Shown here piece by piece: positions 1 through 12,230 of a DNA stretch of 64,000 nucleotides. A program made the translations under genes and the position numbers. This DNA comes from Oikopleura dioica. Lineage: Eukaryota > Animalia > Chordata. The notes beneath the pieces were generated by a model that worked only from the letters and a program-made list of their open reading frames with translations, did not search any database and was not told the DNA's origin. Location of the stretch: the NCBI GenBank assembly GCA_907165135.1, contig OU015568.1, positions 2,294,001-2,358,000 of the forward strand, read 5' to 3'. Within the stretch, counting starts at the first letter, position 1. Each line of letters begins with the position of its first letter.

Positions 1-669
1 GGACTCAAGGAAATTCTAATTATGGTCGAAGTGATTCTGATACCATTGCCGAGGACGTGATTCTGATGTCAATCCGAGACTCGACAAATGACATTCTAAA
101 ACGACGCTTTGCTGACGTCCAGGCTCAGTCAAAGAGCGAAGTGGATACACTCAAGGTATTGAAGCCTTTGATTCTTGTAATTATTGCTTCTTAGAGCACT
201 GAAAGCGAGCTAAAACATGGCAAATCAAAACTCGATGCAATGATGGGGCAAATTGAAAGCGAAAGAGCTTCCTGCGAGGACGAACTTCGACGATGCCAGA
301 GAATGGAGGAAGAAATGGACCGAGAACTTCAATCACTCGAGGAGTCGCAAGAAATCAACCCAGAAGAAATCATCACGCCGTCGAATCCAATTTACAAGCA
401 GATCTTTACACATCACAATAAAGAACAGGTACCTTCTATTCTGTAAGAAAGCGTATAAATGTATTTTAAGGCCATCGAAGACGCAATATATTTCCTGAAT
501 AAAGCACTTTTGCGAGGCAGTATTGACGCTGATACATTCCTAAGAACCGTCCGTCAGCTTTCACGACAGCAGGTTGATCTTGATCCCCTTCAATCATGAA
601 AAACCGCTGTTTTAGTTTGAGCATAAAACGATCGTCATCAAAGCCCGAAAACGCGCAAATCTCGCTTGA
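1..669 (+). CDS. TSG101: TSG101/Vps23 (ESCRT-I), 3' part: coiled coil and steadiness box
   Basis: Splicing GT-AG introns at 156-194, 429-470 and 573-615 gives ...EEIITPSNPIYKQIFTHHNKEQAIEDAIYFLNKALLRGSIDADTFLRTVRQLSRQQFEHKTIVIKARKRANLA*, which matches the TSG101 C-terminal steadiness box as recalled. Confidence 0.92.
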
Positions 670-962
670 TCGAATTCAAACAAATCTAAACGGAAAATAT
701 CTCTTCAAAAGATTAATCTTCATATGCCTGTATAATTCGTCTTTACGTTCAATTCTCGTGCAAATACAGTAACAACAAATTATGTCCAAGTGAAAAGATT
801 CTTACAAAAACCAAGATGAGAAAATATATAACAGAAACTCCTTTCTTCCCTTTTTTGTGCATAAATACGCTTGAATTCTTTTATAAATCGCTTCTTCTGA
901 TTATTAATGAAAAATATACATCGCTTCACTTTTTATTTTATCAATAACTTCAGGCAGCTCGG

Positions 963-2482
963 ATGGGGTCGCCAAACGACAGTTATGTGGTGAAAATTGC
1001 GAATTTAGCAATCACCACAAAAGAAGATGATATCCGTCACATGTTTGGATATATCGGTCGCCTGGAGGACTGCCAGATGTATCCTAGAAAGTAAGTGAAG
1101 TCTTCATTGATTGCAGCTTTGATTTTCTAGTGTTTCATTGATGCCAGTCCCGTCCAAAGTCGCTTTTGTCAAGTATAGACATAAACGGGACGCAGCTGTG
1201 GCGCTTCATTTAACAAATTCAATCTTGGTCGACAAGTGTATTCAAGTTATTCCCTGGAGAAATGGTATGACTGCCAAGATTTCTTGATTTAAAAAAATTG
1301 TCTAGATGAAATGCCATCAGAAGCCGTAGCGCTCCAGCAACTTTTCCCTGGAAAAGGATACGGGCAGAATGCGCAAAACAAACCGACCCTCGAAATTTTG
1401 CTGAAAAACGAAGGCTTCGAAGCTGCTCCTGTAAGTATTTTGCCGTTTTCCCTTTCTCATCTTTGTTGCTAGACTATTCCGCCATCAGTGGACATCGAGA
1501 TTCGTGAGCAAATTCAACGAACAATCCATATTCGCGGACTTGACCCTTCCAAGACTACCAATGCTGCCCTTTTGGAGTTCTTTGAAAAATGTGGAGAAGT
1601 GAAGTACTGTACGCTCGCTGGGGAAGGTGATTTTGCTGAAGAATGCGATGTAGGCCTCATCTCTTCTCTACGAAATTTGAAATTATTTTAGGGTTACGTT
1701 GAGTTCTCTGAAATCACAAGTATTATCAACGCGCTCAAACTTGAAGACAAAACAATCAATGAAAAACCATTCACGGTGCGCCTCTTTCACCAAATTGTAG
1801 TTAAATCTTGTTTCAGGTGGAAATGTCTAGATGTGCAATTTTGAAGAGCGCTGTGAAGCCGAAAATGCCCGCTGATGCGGCTATTGAAATCGCTGACGCC
1901 TTAAAAGCGGCCAAAGATGGACGGCTTCCAAGTGGTTTCTTCGGAGAAGCAACTGGCAATCTCGGTAAACAAAGAGCAATATTGACCACTTCTAGCTGCT
2001 TTTTAGATCCCGAGGAGCAAGAGGCTCTTGATGCGAAGAAAAAAGAGCGTCGGGATAAAGAAAGAAAAGAACGAAAACGATCTCGAAGTAGAAAACGCTC
2101 CCGTAGTCGAAAGAGATCTCGAAGCAGAAAGCGTTCCCGAAGCCGCAAGCGTTCCAGAAGTCGAAAGAGATCCAGAAGTCGAAAGCGATCCAGAAGTCGA
2201 GATAGAAAACGACGATCACGAGACCGATCCCGCGAGAGATCGAAAAAGTCGAAACGCTCCAAGAGATCAAGAGTTAGTTTCTACTTCAGTTTCTTTTTCT
2301 AGCTCTATTTTTAGTCGAAGGAAAGAAAACGCGATTCAAGGGAACGATCAAAATCCAAAGAGAACGAAACACGAAGAGAAAAATCGAAGTCGAAATCGAG
2401 AGACCGAGAAATCAAGGAGGAAAAACCTGATTCACCCGCTCGCGAAAAAACTCCTGAGAAACAAGAGACGATGGAAGCTTGA
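963..2482 (+). CDS. SREK1: SR-related splicing factor with two RRMs and an RS domain (SREK1/SRSF11 family)
   Basis: ATG at 963. RRM1 (VVKIANL...KVAFVKY), RRM2 (QRTIHIRGL...LLEFFEKCGEVKY), long RSRK repeats at 2070-2270, and a last exon 2315-2482 ending ...QETMEA*. Confidence 0.8.
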
Positions 2483-2738
2483 GAAGCTAAAATTAGCTTA
2501 TTAGAGATAATTCTTTAGGCACTGTCTTATCACCGCCACTTTCACATCGTAATAAATGTCGAAAACCATCATCCCTTATTTATGGAAAAACAATCATGAA
2601 ATGGTTGTTTTTGTTTCCTTTGGCGAGTTATTTCAAATAACTTATTTGCAGAGCATCGCTAACGAAGATGTTTATGTATCGCACATTTCTCTTATTGCAG
2701 GCATAGGAAATAACAACCAAACCGTTTATCGAGAGGAA

Positions 2739-4975
2739 ATGAAATTCAGGCTTCTTTTTATCCTTTGGTTTTGCGATGGGAGCAATGCCTACGACAGGAG
2801 CAAAGATAATGAGGGCTCGGCTGATAATGGTGTTTTTATGAATGAGTACATCGTAACTGCGACCGACCTAGGAATGGAACTATTTGGAAGCATATTTTGA
2901 ATATAATTTAAGGGTAATGGTATACATCGGCGCGGCGCCGCTCGCTCGATCTGCGCTCCGCAAGAACCTATTTCTCACGAAGCCATAAAATCTGAACGGA
3001 TCGAGATTTTTTCGAGATTTAAACAGATTCGGAATCCTCAAAGTCTCTTCTATAAACTGATCGAAAATTAAAAAAATTTTCAAAGAGGAACAATGTGAAA
3101 AGTGCCAGTTTCCTTCAAATGACATTTTCTCCATCATTTCTCATCCAAATTTTTTTAAAATTAGACTGTCTTGTAGAGAATCGTCAGCTCTACAATTCCT
3201 GTGTTTCGGATTTTTCATTTGGGCTTTCAAAAATTATGTGCGCTCTTTTGAAAAGAGAGTTATTCTCGCCCGCGCCTCTCCGCTTCCTATTTCTCGCGGC
3301 GCGCTCCCGCTGCGCTCTTTACAAATTGCGATGTAAAATTAATGAAAGCTTAAAACAAAAATCTGAAACACAGGAATTGTAGAGCTGACGATTCTCTACA
3401 AGACAGTCTAATTTTAAAAAATTTGGATGAGAAATGATGGAGAAAATGTCATTTGAAGGAAACTGGCACTTTTCACATTGTTCCTCTTTGAAAATTGTTT
3501 TAATTTTCGATCAGTTTATAGAAGAGACTTTGAGGATTCCGAATCTGTTAAAATCTCGTAAAAATCTCGATCCGTTCATATTTTACGGCCTCGTGAGAAA
3601 TAGTTTCTTGTGGAGCGCGGATCGAGCCTGCGGCGCCGCGCCGATGTATACCATTACCCTTAACCTGATTTTGAGAAATAATTTATTTCAAATAAGTAAT
3701 CTATTATAATGCAATTTGCCTTTTTAGTTCAAAATCCCAACTTCGAGTACAGAACACTTATGATGTTCCATTACAGACTACGACGACGATTGTTCTTTCA
3801 ACATTGCCCTTCAAAATGAGTATAAAAAAGCGTTCTGCGACCCCTTTGCCTCTTTTTGTTTTGCTAAATTTCCATTCAAATACTTGGAGGGACAATGCCA
3901 GGAGGAGAAAACACAACAAAATGATCCTATAACAATATTATTCGAGTCAGAATCAGAAGAAGAGGAGGAAATCAAGGAAATTTTTGATAAATTTAATGAT
4001 TCATAAACGTTTAGAACTCGATAATCGTTATCCTTGATACTGTTTAAGATCTTGCTATAATATCAAATTTAAATAGAAAATGATCGAAGAAAGTTTCGAG
4101 GATGCTCGTGAGAATAACGAGATTGACAAGCGAATTCGAGAGAAGCTTGTGATAAAAATTGAAACATTTAACTATGTTCCCGTTGATTCGACAACAACCT
4201 CGACCAGTTCTACTACTTCCACTACTACAATAACTACAACTACTACTACCACTGCTTCTACTTCTACTACTACTTCTTCGACTACTTCCACTACTTCTAC
4301 TACTTCTACTATTACTTCGACTACTACTTCTTCTACTACTGCTTCGACTACTACTTCGACAACTACTACAAAAACAACAACAACATCAACAACGACTACA
4401 ACTACTACTTCATCTACGTCTACAATCATAAGTTCGACTACTAGTTCTACTTCTATAATAACCTCCACTTCAACAACTTCAACGACACTTTCAACGACAT
4501 CTTTGACCACGAGTTCAACTTCCAAAATAACAGAATCAACAACTTCCACCACCTCAAGTACAGAATCGACAATAACTACAGACAAAACAACAATTTCTAC
4601 AGAAAACCCAACTGAAATAACAACTACAACAAGATCAGCTTCCAATCCAGAAGACGATTCTCTTTCCATCATTGAAATCATCCTCCTTGCGATATTCAGC
4701 TTTGTCGCTTTTACGGCAGTTGTCTTGCCTCCCCTGACTTGCTTTTCAAAGAAGAATTTAGCTCAGTTTGCAACTTTTTATTTTACTGGTATTTTAATAG
4801 AACAATTTGTTATTGGTTTCAAACATAACATATTTTAGTTTTGATTGCCGTCGCTCTGACTGGGACACAACTTGGATTCTATGTTACTGATAAATTCGAT
4901 GATAACACATTTTACGGATCTTTTGGTCTCACGATTTTCTTTGCAATCTCATCCTCTATCGCAGTCATGAAATAA
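2739..4975 (+). CDS. Membrane mucin-like protein: signal peptide, acidic domain, Thr/Ser stalk, about 3 C-terminal TM helices
   Basis: Signal-like MKFRLLFILWFCDGSNA at 2739. Coding-like exon at about 3777-3976, ORF 4080-4788 with a long Thr/Ser run, and a GT-AG intron 4789-4838 joining a hydrophobic last exon (stop 4973-4975). The 5' joins need GA donors (2872, 3977) and are tentative. Confidence 0.6.
2908..3663. mobile_element. Non-autonomous foldback DNA element, TTAA-GG...CC-TTAA (Kolobok-like), ~300-bp inverted arms
   Basis: TTAA at 2908-2911 and 3660-3663. Arms at about 2912-3215 and 3357-3659 are near-perfect reverse complements, which explains the mirrored ORFs 2880..3137 and 3434..3709. 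Confidence 0.85.
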
Positions 4976-5040
4976 AGACCTTGAGCACTAAATATTTTTA
5001 TTTTTGAAGATACGGATTCAGACTAGAATTTCTTTGCTTG

Positions 5041-6249
5041 TCATTGTTGATGAATGCAAATAACGCTGAGTCTGAAATTCAAATGACTAAGCAAATTTCG
5101 AAGGAATAATACATACTCGGCAAAATTTTTCTGGACATAGAACTCGTCATTGAAAACGTAGTAAGAAATCCCACTGACAAAAGAAGGCTCGCCTCTACAC
5201 CAGTGGAAGCCTTGTTCTTCTGCATCAAAACTTCTCGCATCAGCAGCGACAAATCTTCCGTGAGCGAATAAAAGATCCCGATCGAGATGGTATTCTACAA
5301 TGTACGATTTTCCTTTTTCATGAAAATCCCAAAGATGGTAATTTTTCAGAAAGGTGTAGTTCAAATTAAGAATATCGCAGGTAACATCGTTATTATGGTG
5401 AATTATCACTCGTCCTTCCGAATCGTAAACTTGATTTTTACAGACATACTACGGTAAAAGCAACAATTTGAATGAAAGTAAATGCTCACCTCATAATTCA
5501 ACGCCTTGCTGAAAAGCCAAGAAAGATAGACGCAGTCTTTTCCGCTATCTGAAAATGCAACTTGAACGGATTTCTTCTTCTTTTCAGAGACTTCTTCCTT
5601 GATCTCAATTGGTATTCCAGAGTTGTTGGCCAAATTGTTAACATCGGTTGAAAGCCAAAAATTTTTTTGCTTGTATTTATAAAGAAAACTTTCATTTTTA
5701 TAAGAAAATTTTGTCCAAGGAAGTGTGGCATTCAACCTTTTGCATTTTTCTTGAGCTTCTTCTTGGAATGACCATTCACGAAAAATTGAAGCATTGAAAA
5801 CTCAAATCAAACGTTTTGTTTAAAAATGTATCGAGAAAATTACCTTTGCCTTCGATCAGGGTTCGAAATTGGGCGAAAAAATCGGTAGGCTAGGCTTGGG
5901 TAGGCAAAGCGAATTTTTAAAAAGCTAGGCGAAATTCGCCTAGCCTAGCCTACCTTTTCAGGCTTATTCGCTTAGGCGATTTCGAACCATGCCTTCGATT
6001 ATCACCTCGGTTTTTTCATACTCGGGGATCTGGATTTCAATGTGCTGTCTAATCAAAGGTCTGCTCGTCGGCACAGTATAGTCTATACTTTCTCCCTCAT
6101 CTCTCTGTTCTTCTAGCAACATTGTTGTTAGATAATAGGCAGCCGCCGATCTGAAAATGATGAAAAAGTAAAAAAAGAAATAATTACATAAGTGCTAGAA
6201 CGCCGAGAAGGCCGATTAGCTTTGAAAATTTGCTGCCAAAAATCATCAT
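5041..6249 (-). CDS. Type II membrane protein of unknown function (possibly a Golgi enzyme); one exon interrupted by a hAT MITE
   Basis: MMIFGSKFSKLIGLLGVLALISAAAYYL signal-anchor from ATG 6249, with exons continuing into the frames of ORFs 5406..5735 and 5041..5409. The 3' end is uncertain. Confidence 0.6.
5849..5999. mobile_element. hAT-like MITE, 135 bp (5857-5991), 8-bp TSD CCTTCGAT
   Basis: TSD at 5849-5856 and 5992-5999. TIR CAGGGTTCGAAAT / ATTTCGAACCATG, with internal TAGGC repeats. Confidence 0.85.
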
Positions 6250-6698
6250 TTTTTTTAATTCTAGCAATGTTGCCTGAAACAATGAGCATATAAAATTGAA
6301 AAGAGAGAATTTGATGATTGAGTTCCTCTCAGGCGTAAATATGTTTAAATGTTTATTGATTTATTTGACGAGAAATACTGAGAGCCTTTCGTGAAGAATT
6401 TTAAAATTGGCCAAATATAATCAGCATCTCTTGAGAATCGATTCAACCCAAAATTCAAACAGCGATATTTTATGCTTGAAAATGAATTTTGTTTGAATTG
6501 CACTGGAGCATTTCCTGAGCTATAAATCTCATTGATACAACGGCGGTAAATCTCAGCCGTTCTTTGAAAAGGGCGTCGGAATAATGGTTATGAAAAAGTA
6601 ATAAAACGCCTTGAATCATTTTCTCGAGACACCTGCTCCAGAACACACTCAGAATTTTCGTCAGAATTTGAAGAGACGGATCTTTAAAAAGTCAAATA

Positions 6699-7206
6699 AT
6701 GAAGGAGTCGGAGGTTCTCGTAAGTCAGGTTTAGCCGCGCTTCATAATTTTTTAAAATCGAAAAGCCGCTAGCGGCTTCGAGAAACGAAATTAAAAGCCG
6801 CGCTTTTTGCGGCTTTTACGTTCTACTGGGTTGAAGCCGCAGGCGGCTTTTCGATTATAAGAAATCAAAAAGCGCGGCTTTTTTATTTTTTTTTTTTCGA
6901 AACCGAAAGCGGCTTCTCGATTTTCTTGAATAAATATTGAATTTCAGGAAAAACAGTACAAATCCTTGGACGAAGATGGAAACGGTCAAGTCGACTTTGA
7001 AACGTAAAATCTCCTGTTGAAACAGTATTTTCTTCAATCTTTCGTATAGCTACCGTAGTTCAATCAGCATCACCCTGAACAAGCACTACAGTAAAATGTC
7101 CGAGAACCAAAAGGAAACGATCATCAAACAAGGCTTCAAAGATCTCGACGCCAACGGAGACGGAGTGATCACAAAGGAAGAGTTTGTCAATCGACTCAGG
7201 AAATGA
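6699..7206 (+). CDS. Small two-EF-hand calcium-binding protein (~77 aa)
   Basis: Exons 6699-6719, 6948-7003 and 7050-7206 (GT-AG) give MKESEVLEKQYKSLDEDGNGQVDFETYRSS...GFKDLDANGDGVITKEEFVNRLRK*, with two canonical EF loops. It is not in the ORF track. Confidence 0.8.
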
Positions 7207-8311
7207 TCGGAAACAACAAAATCCGCCCCGTGAATTCAGGATTTACCGGGAAGGCATAAATCTCGAGGAAAGTGATAATATTTATATAGATCGATCATTT
7301 TTGCAGCTCTGTTCAAAAATGAAAAAAAACCTGTTCAATCAATAAACTTTAAAATCTGAATTTGCCCTCAAATTTGAAAGTTCAAACGGTCTTATCGCCT
7401 TCTGAGCAAATCCCAAAAGTGACGTGTTTTCCGCTGAAGTCAGAAGTCAGAGATTTTGAACTTTTCAAAATTGTGCGCTCGGGCGCATAGCGACCTGATG
7501 ACTCATCCTTCGATTACTCCGCGCCCTGGCAGAGTAAGAGAAATTGAAAAATATGAAGCCTTCTCCGAAAATCCTCCGAAAATAGAAATCTGGCCGAAAA
7601 ACTAAGAATATGAAATGTCTCAAATGAACATTTTTGCTACATTTGGTATCACGCATCATTTTTAAAAAAATACTGTAATCTTTACTGCGAGAAATTTAAG
7701 CATAACTTTCTAATAAGAATTATATATAAAATGAAATGATTATATAACATCCTATTTCAGATAAATCTAATCTTGAAGCCCTGGGAAATTGCGTTTTGCA
7801 TTTTCTATTTTCGCGATAATGACGATTTGACATTGCCTTGAATTGATTCGAATCGTTATCGTTTCTTGATACAGTCACACAATCAAGCAACCAGCTCATA
7901 AAAAGAAAAAAAAGAAAGAATGAAAAGAGAAAATCGAGAGAACAGAACCTTCAGAAGATCTTGAAAATAAGCCGCGAGCGGCTTTTCAAGAATAATAATA
8001 AGAAAGACGCGGTTCGCGCGGCTTTAAGGTTTTTATTGATCGAAGCCGCAAGCGGCTTATCAAGCTTTTATTGATGTTTTATTTTCGATTTCTTTGTTGA
8101 AGAGTTAATTATTCCTTTATTCGCCCCCTCATTGTCAATTTTTCTTCCTGCTTCTTTCTTTCTGTAAATATTTAAACCGCATCTCGATGGAGCGAGATTT
8201 AACAATTACAGTAAATAAAACCATAGCCAGACAGCCCTTTATTTATTCAAACTTCACGATGTCTGACTGAAGTCGTTTTTTCTGACAGAATTTTAGTTAG
8301 AGAAAGTGAAA

Positions 8312-8944
8312 ATGTCGGACGAGCGGAAGAATGACAAGTCGAAGAAGAAAGAATCGATTCTTGAGCTGAACAAATATCTGGACAAGGCGATCCGGGTCAA
8401 ATTTCAAGGAGGACGAGAAGCCAGTGGCATTTTGAAAGGGTAAACTTACTGGCTTCTAAACCAACCGGTTCAATTTACTTTCTAACGTAATCTTGAATAT
8501 GATAATCAGAATATCAGATATCAACATCAAATTATCTCTTACGTAAACCGTCATCCGGAACAATGTAATTTTATGCCTACATAAATATTATAATCAAACT
8601 AAAAGACCCTGTCAGACGAAAAAAACATATTTTTTCAGTTTTGATCAGCTTCTCAATTTGGTGATTGATTCGACTACTGAGCAGCTTCGAGATTTAGACG
8701 ATCCCTATCGACCATCGACAGAGTCAAGAAATTTAGGTACTGAGCTTTGAGCCTTTGTAACGACAGATACTTCCATTTCAGCCGCTCATTTTGAATATTT
8801 TTCTGAAGAAATTAGATTTTTGAGTCATTTTTTTGCCAATTATCTCAATTTTCAGGACTTGTTGTTTGCCGTGGAACATCTGTTGTGCTGATTTCTCCCC
8901 AAGATGGAATGGAAGAAATCCCCAACCCGTTTATTCCCCAATGA
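8312..8944 (+). CDS. LSM7: U6 snRNA-associated Sm-like protein LSm7
   Basis: Exons 8312-8439, 8639-8736 and 8856-8944 give KKESILELNKYLDKAIRVKFQGGREASGILKGFDQLLNLVID...GLVVCRGTSVVLISPQDGMEEIPNPFIPQ*. Confidence 0.95.
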
Positions 8945-9161
8945 ATCGATCATCTTTCACAAGATACTGCAAAAGACTGCCACGAAAAACCATTAAGTTA
9001 GACAAACTAAAACCGTCGATTCTAGAATGAAAGAAAACGCGTGAATTGTTTGTACGCCACTACTGCAGAACTCGACAGTAAAAGTTTTGGCCAGTGTGGT
9101 GTAAAGCGTTTTTACTGCAAACAACAAAACGGGCAAACCCGGTTTTGCCCAAATCGATTTC

Positions 9162-10887
9162 ATGATGAGGGAGTCCAATAGAAGAAGACGCAGAGGGTAA
9201 GTGCATCTTTCTCGCACTGAAATTTCTTGAAGTTCCTACCGAAGCCGTTTCACGGCTTTTCAGTTGCTCTAGCTCGAAGCCGCAAGCGGCTTCTCGATCT
9301 TAAATTGATGGTTTAGCTTTTCTGTGTATCTTCGCCAAATTGTCTCGGCAGTTCCGAAACGACGATGGTTCAATGAGGCTGGCTTCAATATCGACCTGAC
9401 TCGATTTCCCGATAAGCGATTCGTCGTCATGGCCTGGCCAAGCGACTCGATAAGTTTCAAGGACCCCAAGCGATCCAAGCTTGTTCGAAATGACGCTGAA
9501 GAAGGTTGTTAAAACAACTAATGTAGCAGTGACTGACTTAAATTTCAGTAAAACATTGTTTGAGAGAATTCTTTCCAAAAGGATTCAAAATCTACAATCT
9601 TTGCTGCGAATCCCAGAGCTTCCGCGGCCAAGATTTAGATGGTAAGCTTCTTTCACCGATGAATGCATTAACCTCGATTTCAAGTTGCTCAATATGGATG
9701 GCTTGATCACGAACCACCACCATTTGGTCTCTTCGTTCGGCTGTTAGCTGATATCGATGAGTACCTGGAGCAGAATCCTGAAAATGGTGTCGCTATTCAC
9801 TGCAAGGTACGGCTCTTGCGATAGGATCGGGAACCAGTGTGAGAACCTGACTCAGGGTTTTGAAGCGTGAATTGAAATGATTTGATGGTAATACTGGCGA
9901 AGCCGCTTCATAACCCTGACTCAGGTTGTATACACATCATCACCACACCCTTCCTGATGTTTAGCCCAACAATTAATCATTTCCTAGGCCGGAAAAGGTC
10001 GTACTGGCACGACAGCAGCAGCATATTTGCTAAAAGACCTAAATTCGGCGGACAGGGCGCTGGCAGAATTCGGCTCCCGTCGGTTCGGACGAGAAGATGA
10101 TGGCGTCACCATCCCCAGTCAGAAGCGCTACGTCAAGGTTAGTCGCCATTTCCGCCCGATCAAAGAGACTTACGAGTCTGATTTAGTACTATGAAAAGTT
10201 CACCACTTCCGGCGAGAAATATCAGCCAGCGACGAATACCATTCGCGGGCTGAGAGTCACTCTAGGTGAGTTCTATTATTCTGCGTAAATCATAGCCTTT
10301 TTCAGCTGCGAATCTGACGAATGACTGCAAGGAGAAACTGAGCAAATCGCTCTTCAAGATCTCTGGAAGGGTAATTTTCAAAACCGCTGTCTTTTACTTA
10401 CTTTGATTTCTTAGAAATACAGCACAGAAGAACGAGAGAAGCTGAAAAGCCTGGATATCGTGTTGAAGAGTGAAGTGAAGGGAATAGCAATCGACGAACG
10501 AACAGTTGAGCTCCCTCTCAACGATGTTGAGCTCTCAGGAGACTTCAAGCTGACGGTCGTCCAGAAGGAGAGTACTGCTGTCTTCAAGAGCGAGCGCACT
10601 ATTTGCTCATTCTGGAACGAGTTTTTATTGATGAAATATGTGGTGTTCTCGCCTGTGGAGGCAGAAAATACTGGCCTAAATTGCCTCAATGACTCATGAA
10701 AACCCGAAAAAAGGTTGAATACAGCGTTCCACTCGGAGAAAGAAATCGTACTGAAATCGAGAGAGCTCGACTGGAACAAGAAAGAACGAGATTCGCGGGA
10801 TCGAGTGGAGAGCATCGCCGTCCTCCTTGGCTGAGAAGAAATGACTCGCTGGAAAGAACGATCCTCCATTCTCAATTCTTAGGATGA
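9162..10887 (+). CDS. PTEN: PTEN-family phosphoinositide phosphatase (divergent), phosphatase plus C2-like domain
   Basis: N-terminal LRQIVSAVPKRRWFNEAGFNIDLT, KIYNLC, GWLDHEPP, intact catalytic HCKAGKGRTG split by intron 9808-9987, and GVTIPSQKRYV. Orthologue versus paralogue is not determined. Confidence 0.82.
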
Positions 10888-12230
10888 TTCCAACAAATAC
10901 TAGAATTTCTAATATAGTGCACTTTTTAATTAAATTATTCTCCTGTTCAACAAAAATAATTGAGCCCGTTTCTTTTTCTCGATAACTTCGAAAAATTTGA
11001 AAAGAAGCGAGCTCTCTTCTTACTCATTCCTTTCGCGCTCAGGTTCAACCTTTTTCGAGTCCTCAAAAAAGGGATTCCTAAAGAAGCCCCCTAAATTTCG
11101 CTTTAGTGTGCACAAATATCGTATTTAAAATGAATGCATCAAGCTTCAGACAAATCTGCTAATGTAGATGAAAATGTAGTAGTCTTTTTAGAGAAAGCAC
11201 AAATTGAATCAAATGACTTTTTTATGCGATGCGCACTAGAATGCGATAAAGGGGCAAATCTACTGATTCTAGCTTACAGTATTAATAGTCCATTGTTTTT
11301 TTTCAGGTACGGACTCTCTCTCTGTGATATATGCAGATTTTATCCATAGGATTTAATTTAGTTTCCAATTGAAAACTTGATCTTTCAATTTGATCTCTTT
11401 TTGTTTTGTTTTCTGGATTTACAGATTTCTTACTGATCATTCCCATGGTTGAAAATTGTATGTACTTACTATTCTTTTGATTTTTATTTAATCTCCCTGC
11501 TTATTTATTTGAAACGAGGAGAGGGCGCAGGTTTCGCCCTTTCTCAATTCTCATTCTCAGCATCAGTCAAACCTGAACTCTTCTTCTCCTGAATTCTAAG
11601 AATTCTCCTTTCTTCAAGTGAGGTCGCCTATCGTCTTTTTGCCCCACCTGAGGAAGAGGAGCCCGGTCATAAAACGCCTGCATAAGTCTACCCCACAGTC
11701 ATTAGCTGTTTGCTCGGGAAACTGTGTAGAACTTGAGTCAGGGCCCTGAAAAATCTTAGATACAAGTTTCTGCACAGGCTTCGGAGACAAGCTTTGATGA
11801 CTAGTGTATCCGAGTCTAATTATAGGCGAAAGAAAGTTCGCGTGTACCAAGTTACCTTCCGGTTTATGTTTCTTTTCTAAAAATTTCCGTGATAATAATA
11901 ATTATTTTCGAATTTGATTTCTACTTATCGAAATCCTTCCGTTTTTTTTTCTGCACGGAGTGGCTTACTCTTGAGTTCAGTACTGCTCTAGTAAAACAAC
12001 AGGTGTTTGATTCATTGTCCAATAATACTCATTCTTTATTTCTTTATTATTTCTTGTCCCTGTATATACCAACTGTAATACCCTCATATCTCACCATTGA
12101 AATATTCTGAATATTATATTCACCACACCTGAACATAACAACAAAATAAACTTCTTGAAAGAAAAAAACGAAGGGTCAGTTCTTTGCTTTTTAGCAAAAT
12201 AATTGAAATTCAGATTAGCACTTTTTCACT

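Noticed and set aside
1813-2270. Antisense and alternative-frame ORFs over SREK1
   Set aside because: Shadows of the low-complexity RS repeat.
2880-3709. Mirror-image ORFs MMEKMSFEGNW...
   Set aside because: Produced by the inverted arms of a non-coding foldback element; no transposase motifs.
3729-3770. Apparent in-frame TGA in the mucin-like gene
   Set aside because: Avoided by using the acceptor CATTACAG near 3776. The structure is uncertain, so a stop cannot be claimed.
4172-4681. Val/Glu-rich 169-aa minus-strand ORF
   Set aside because: Antisense shadow of the Thr/Ser mucin repeat.
7096-7206. 36-aa single-EF-hand microprotein
   Set aside because: Upstream GT-AG exons extend it to a normal two-EF-hand protein starting at 6699.
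9845-9930. Small inverted repeat containing TGACTCA in a PTEN intron
   Set aside because: No TSD or second copy could be established; too short to classify.
11614-11850. ORF with a Ulp1-protease-like motif (PEQTANDCGVDLC)
   Set aside because: Starts at a non-ATG codon, has no His/Asp partner motifs, and adjacent frames are broken. At best a degenerate fragment.
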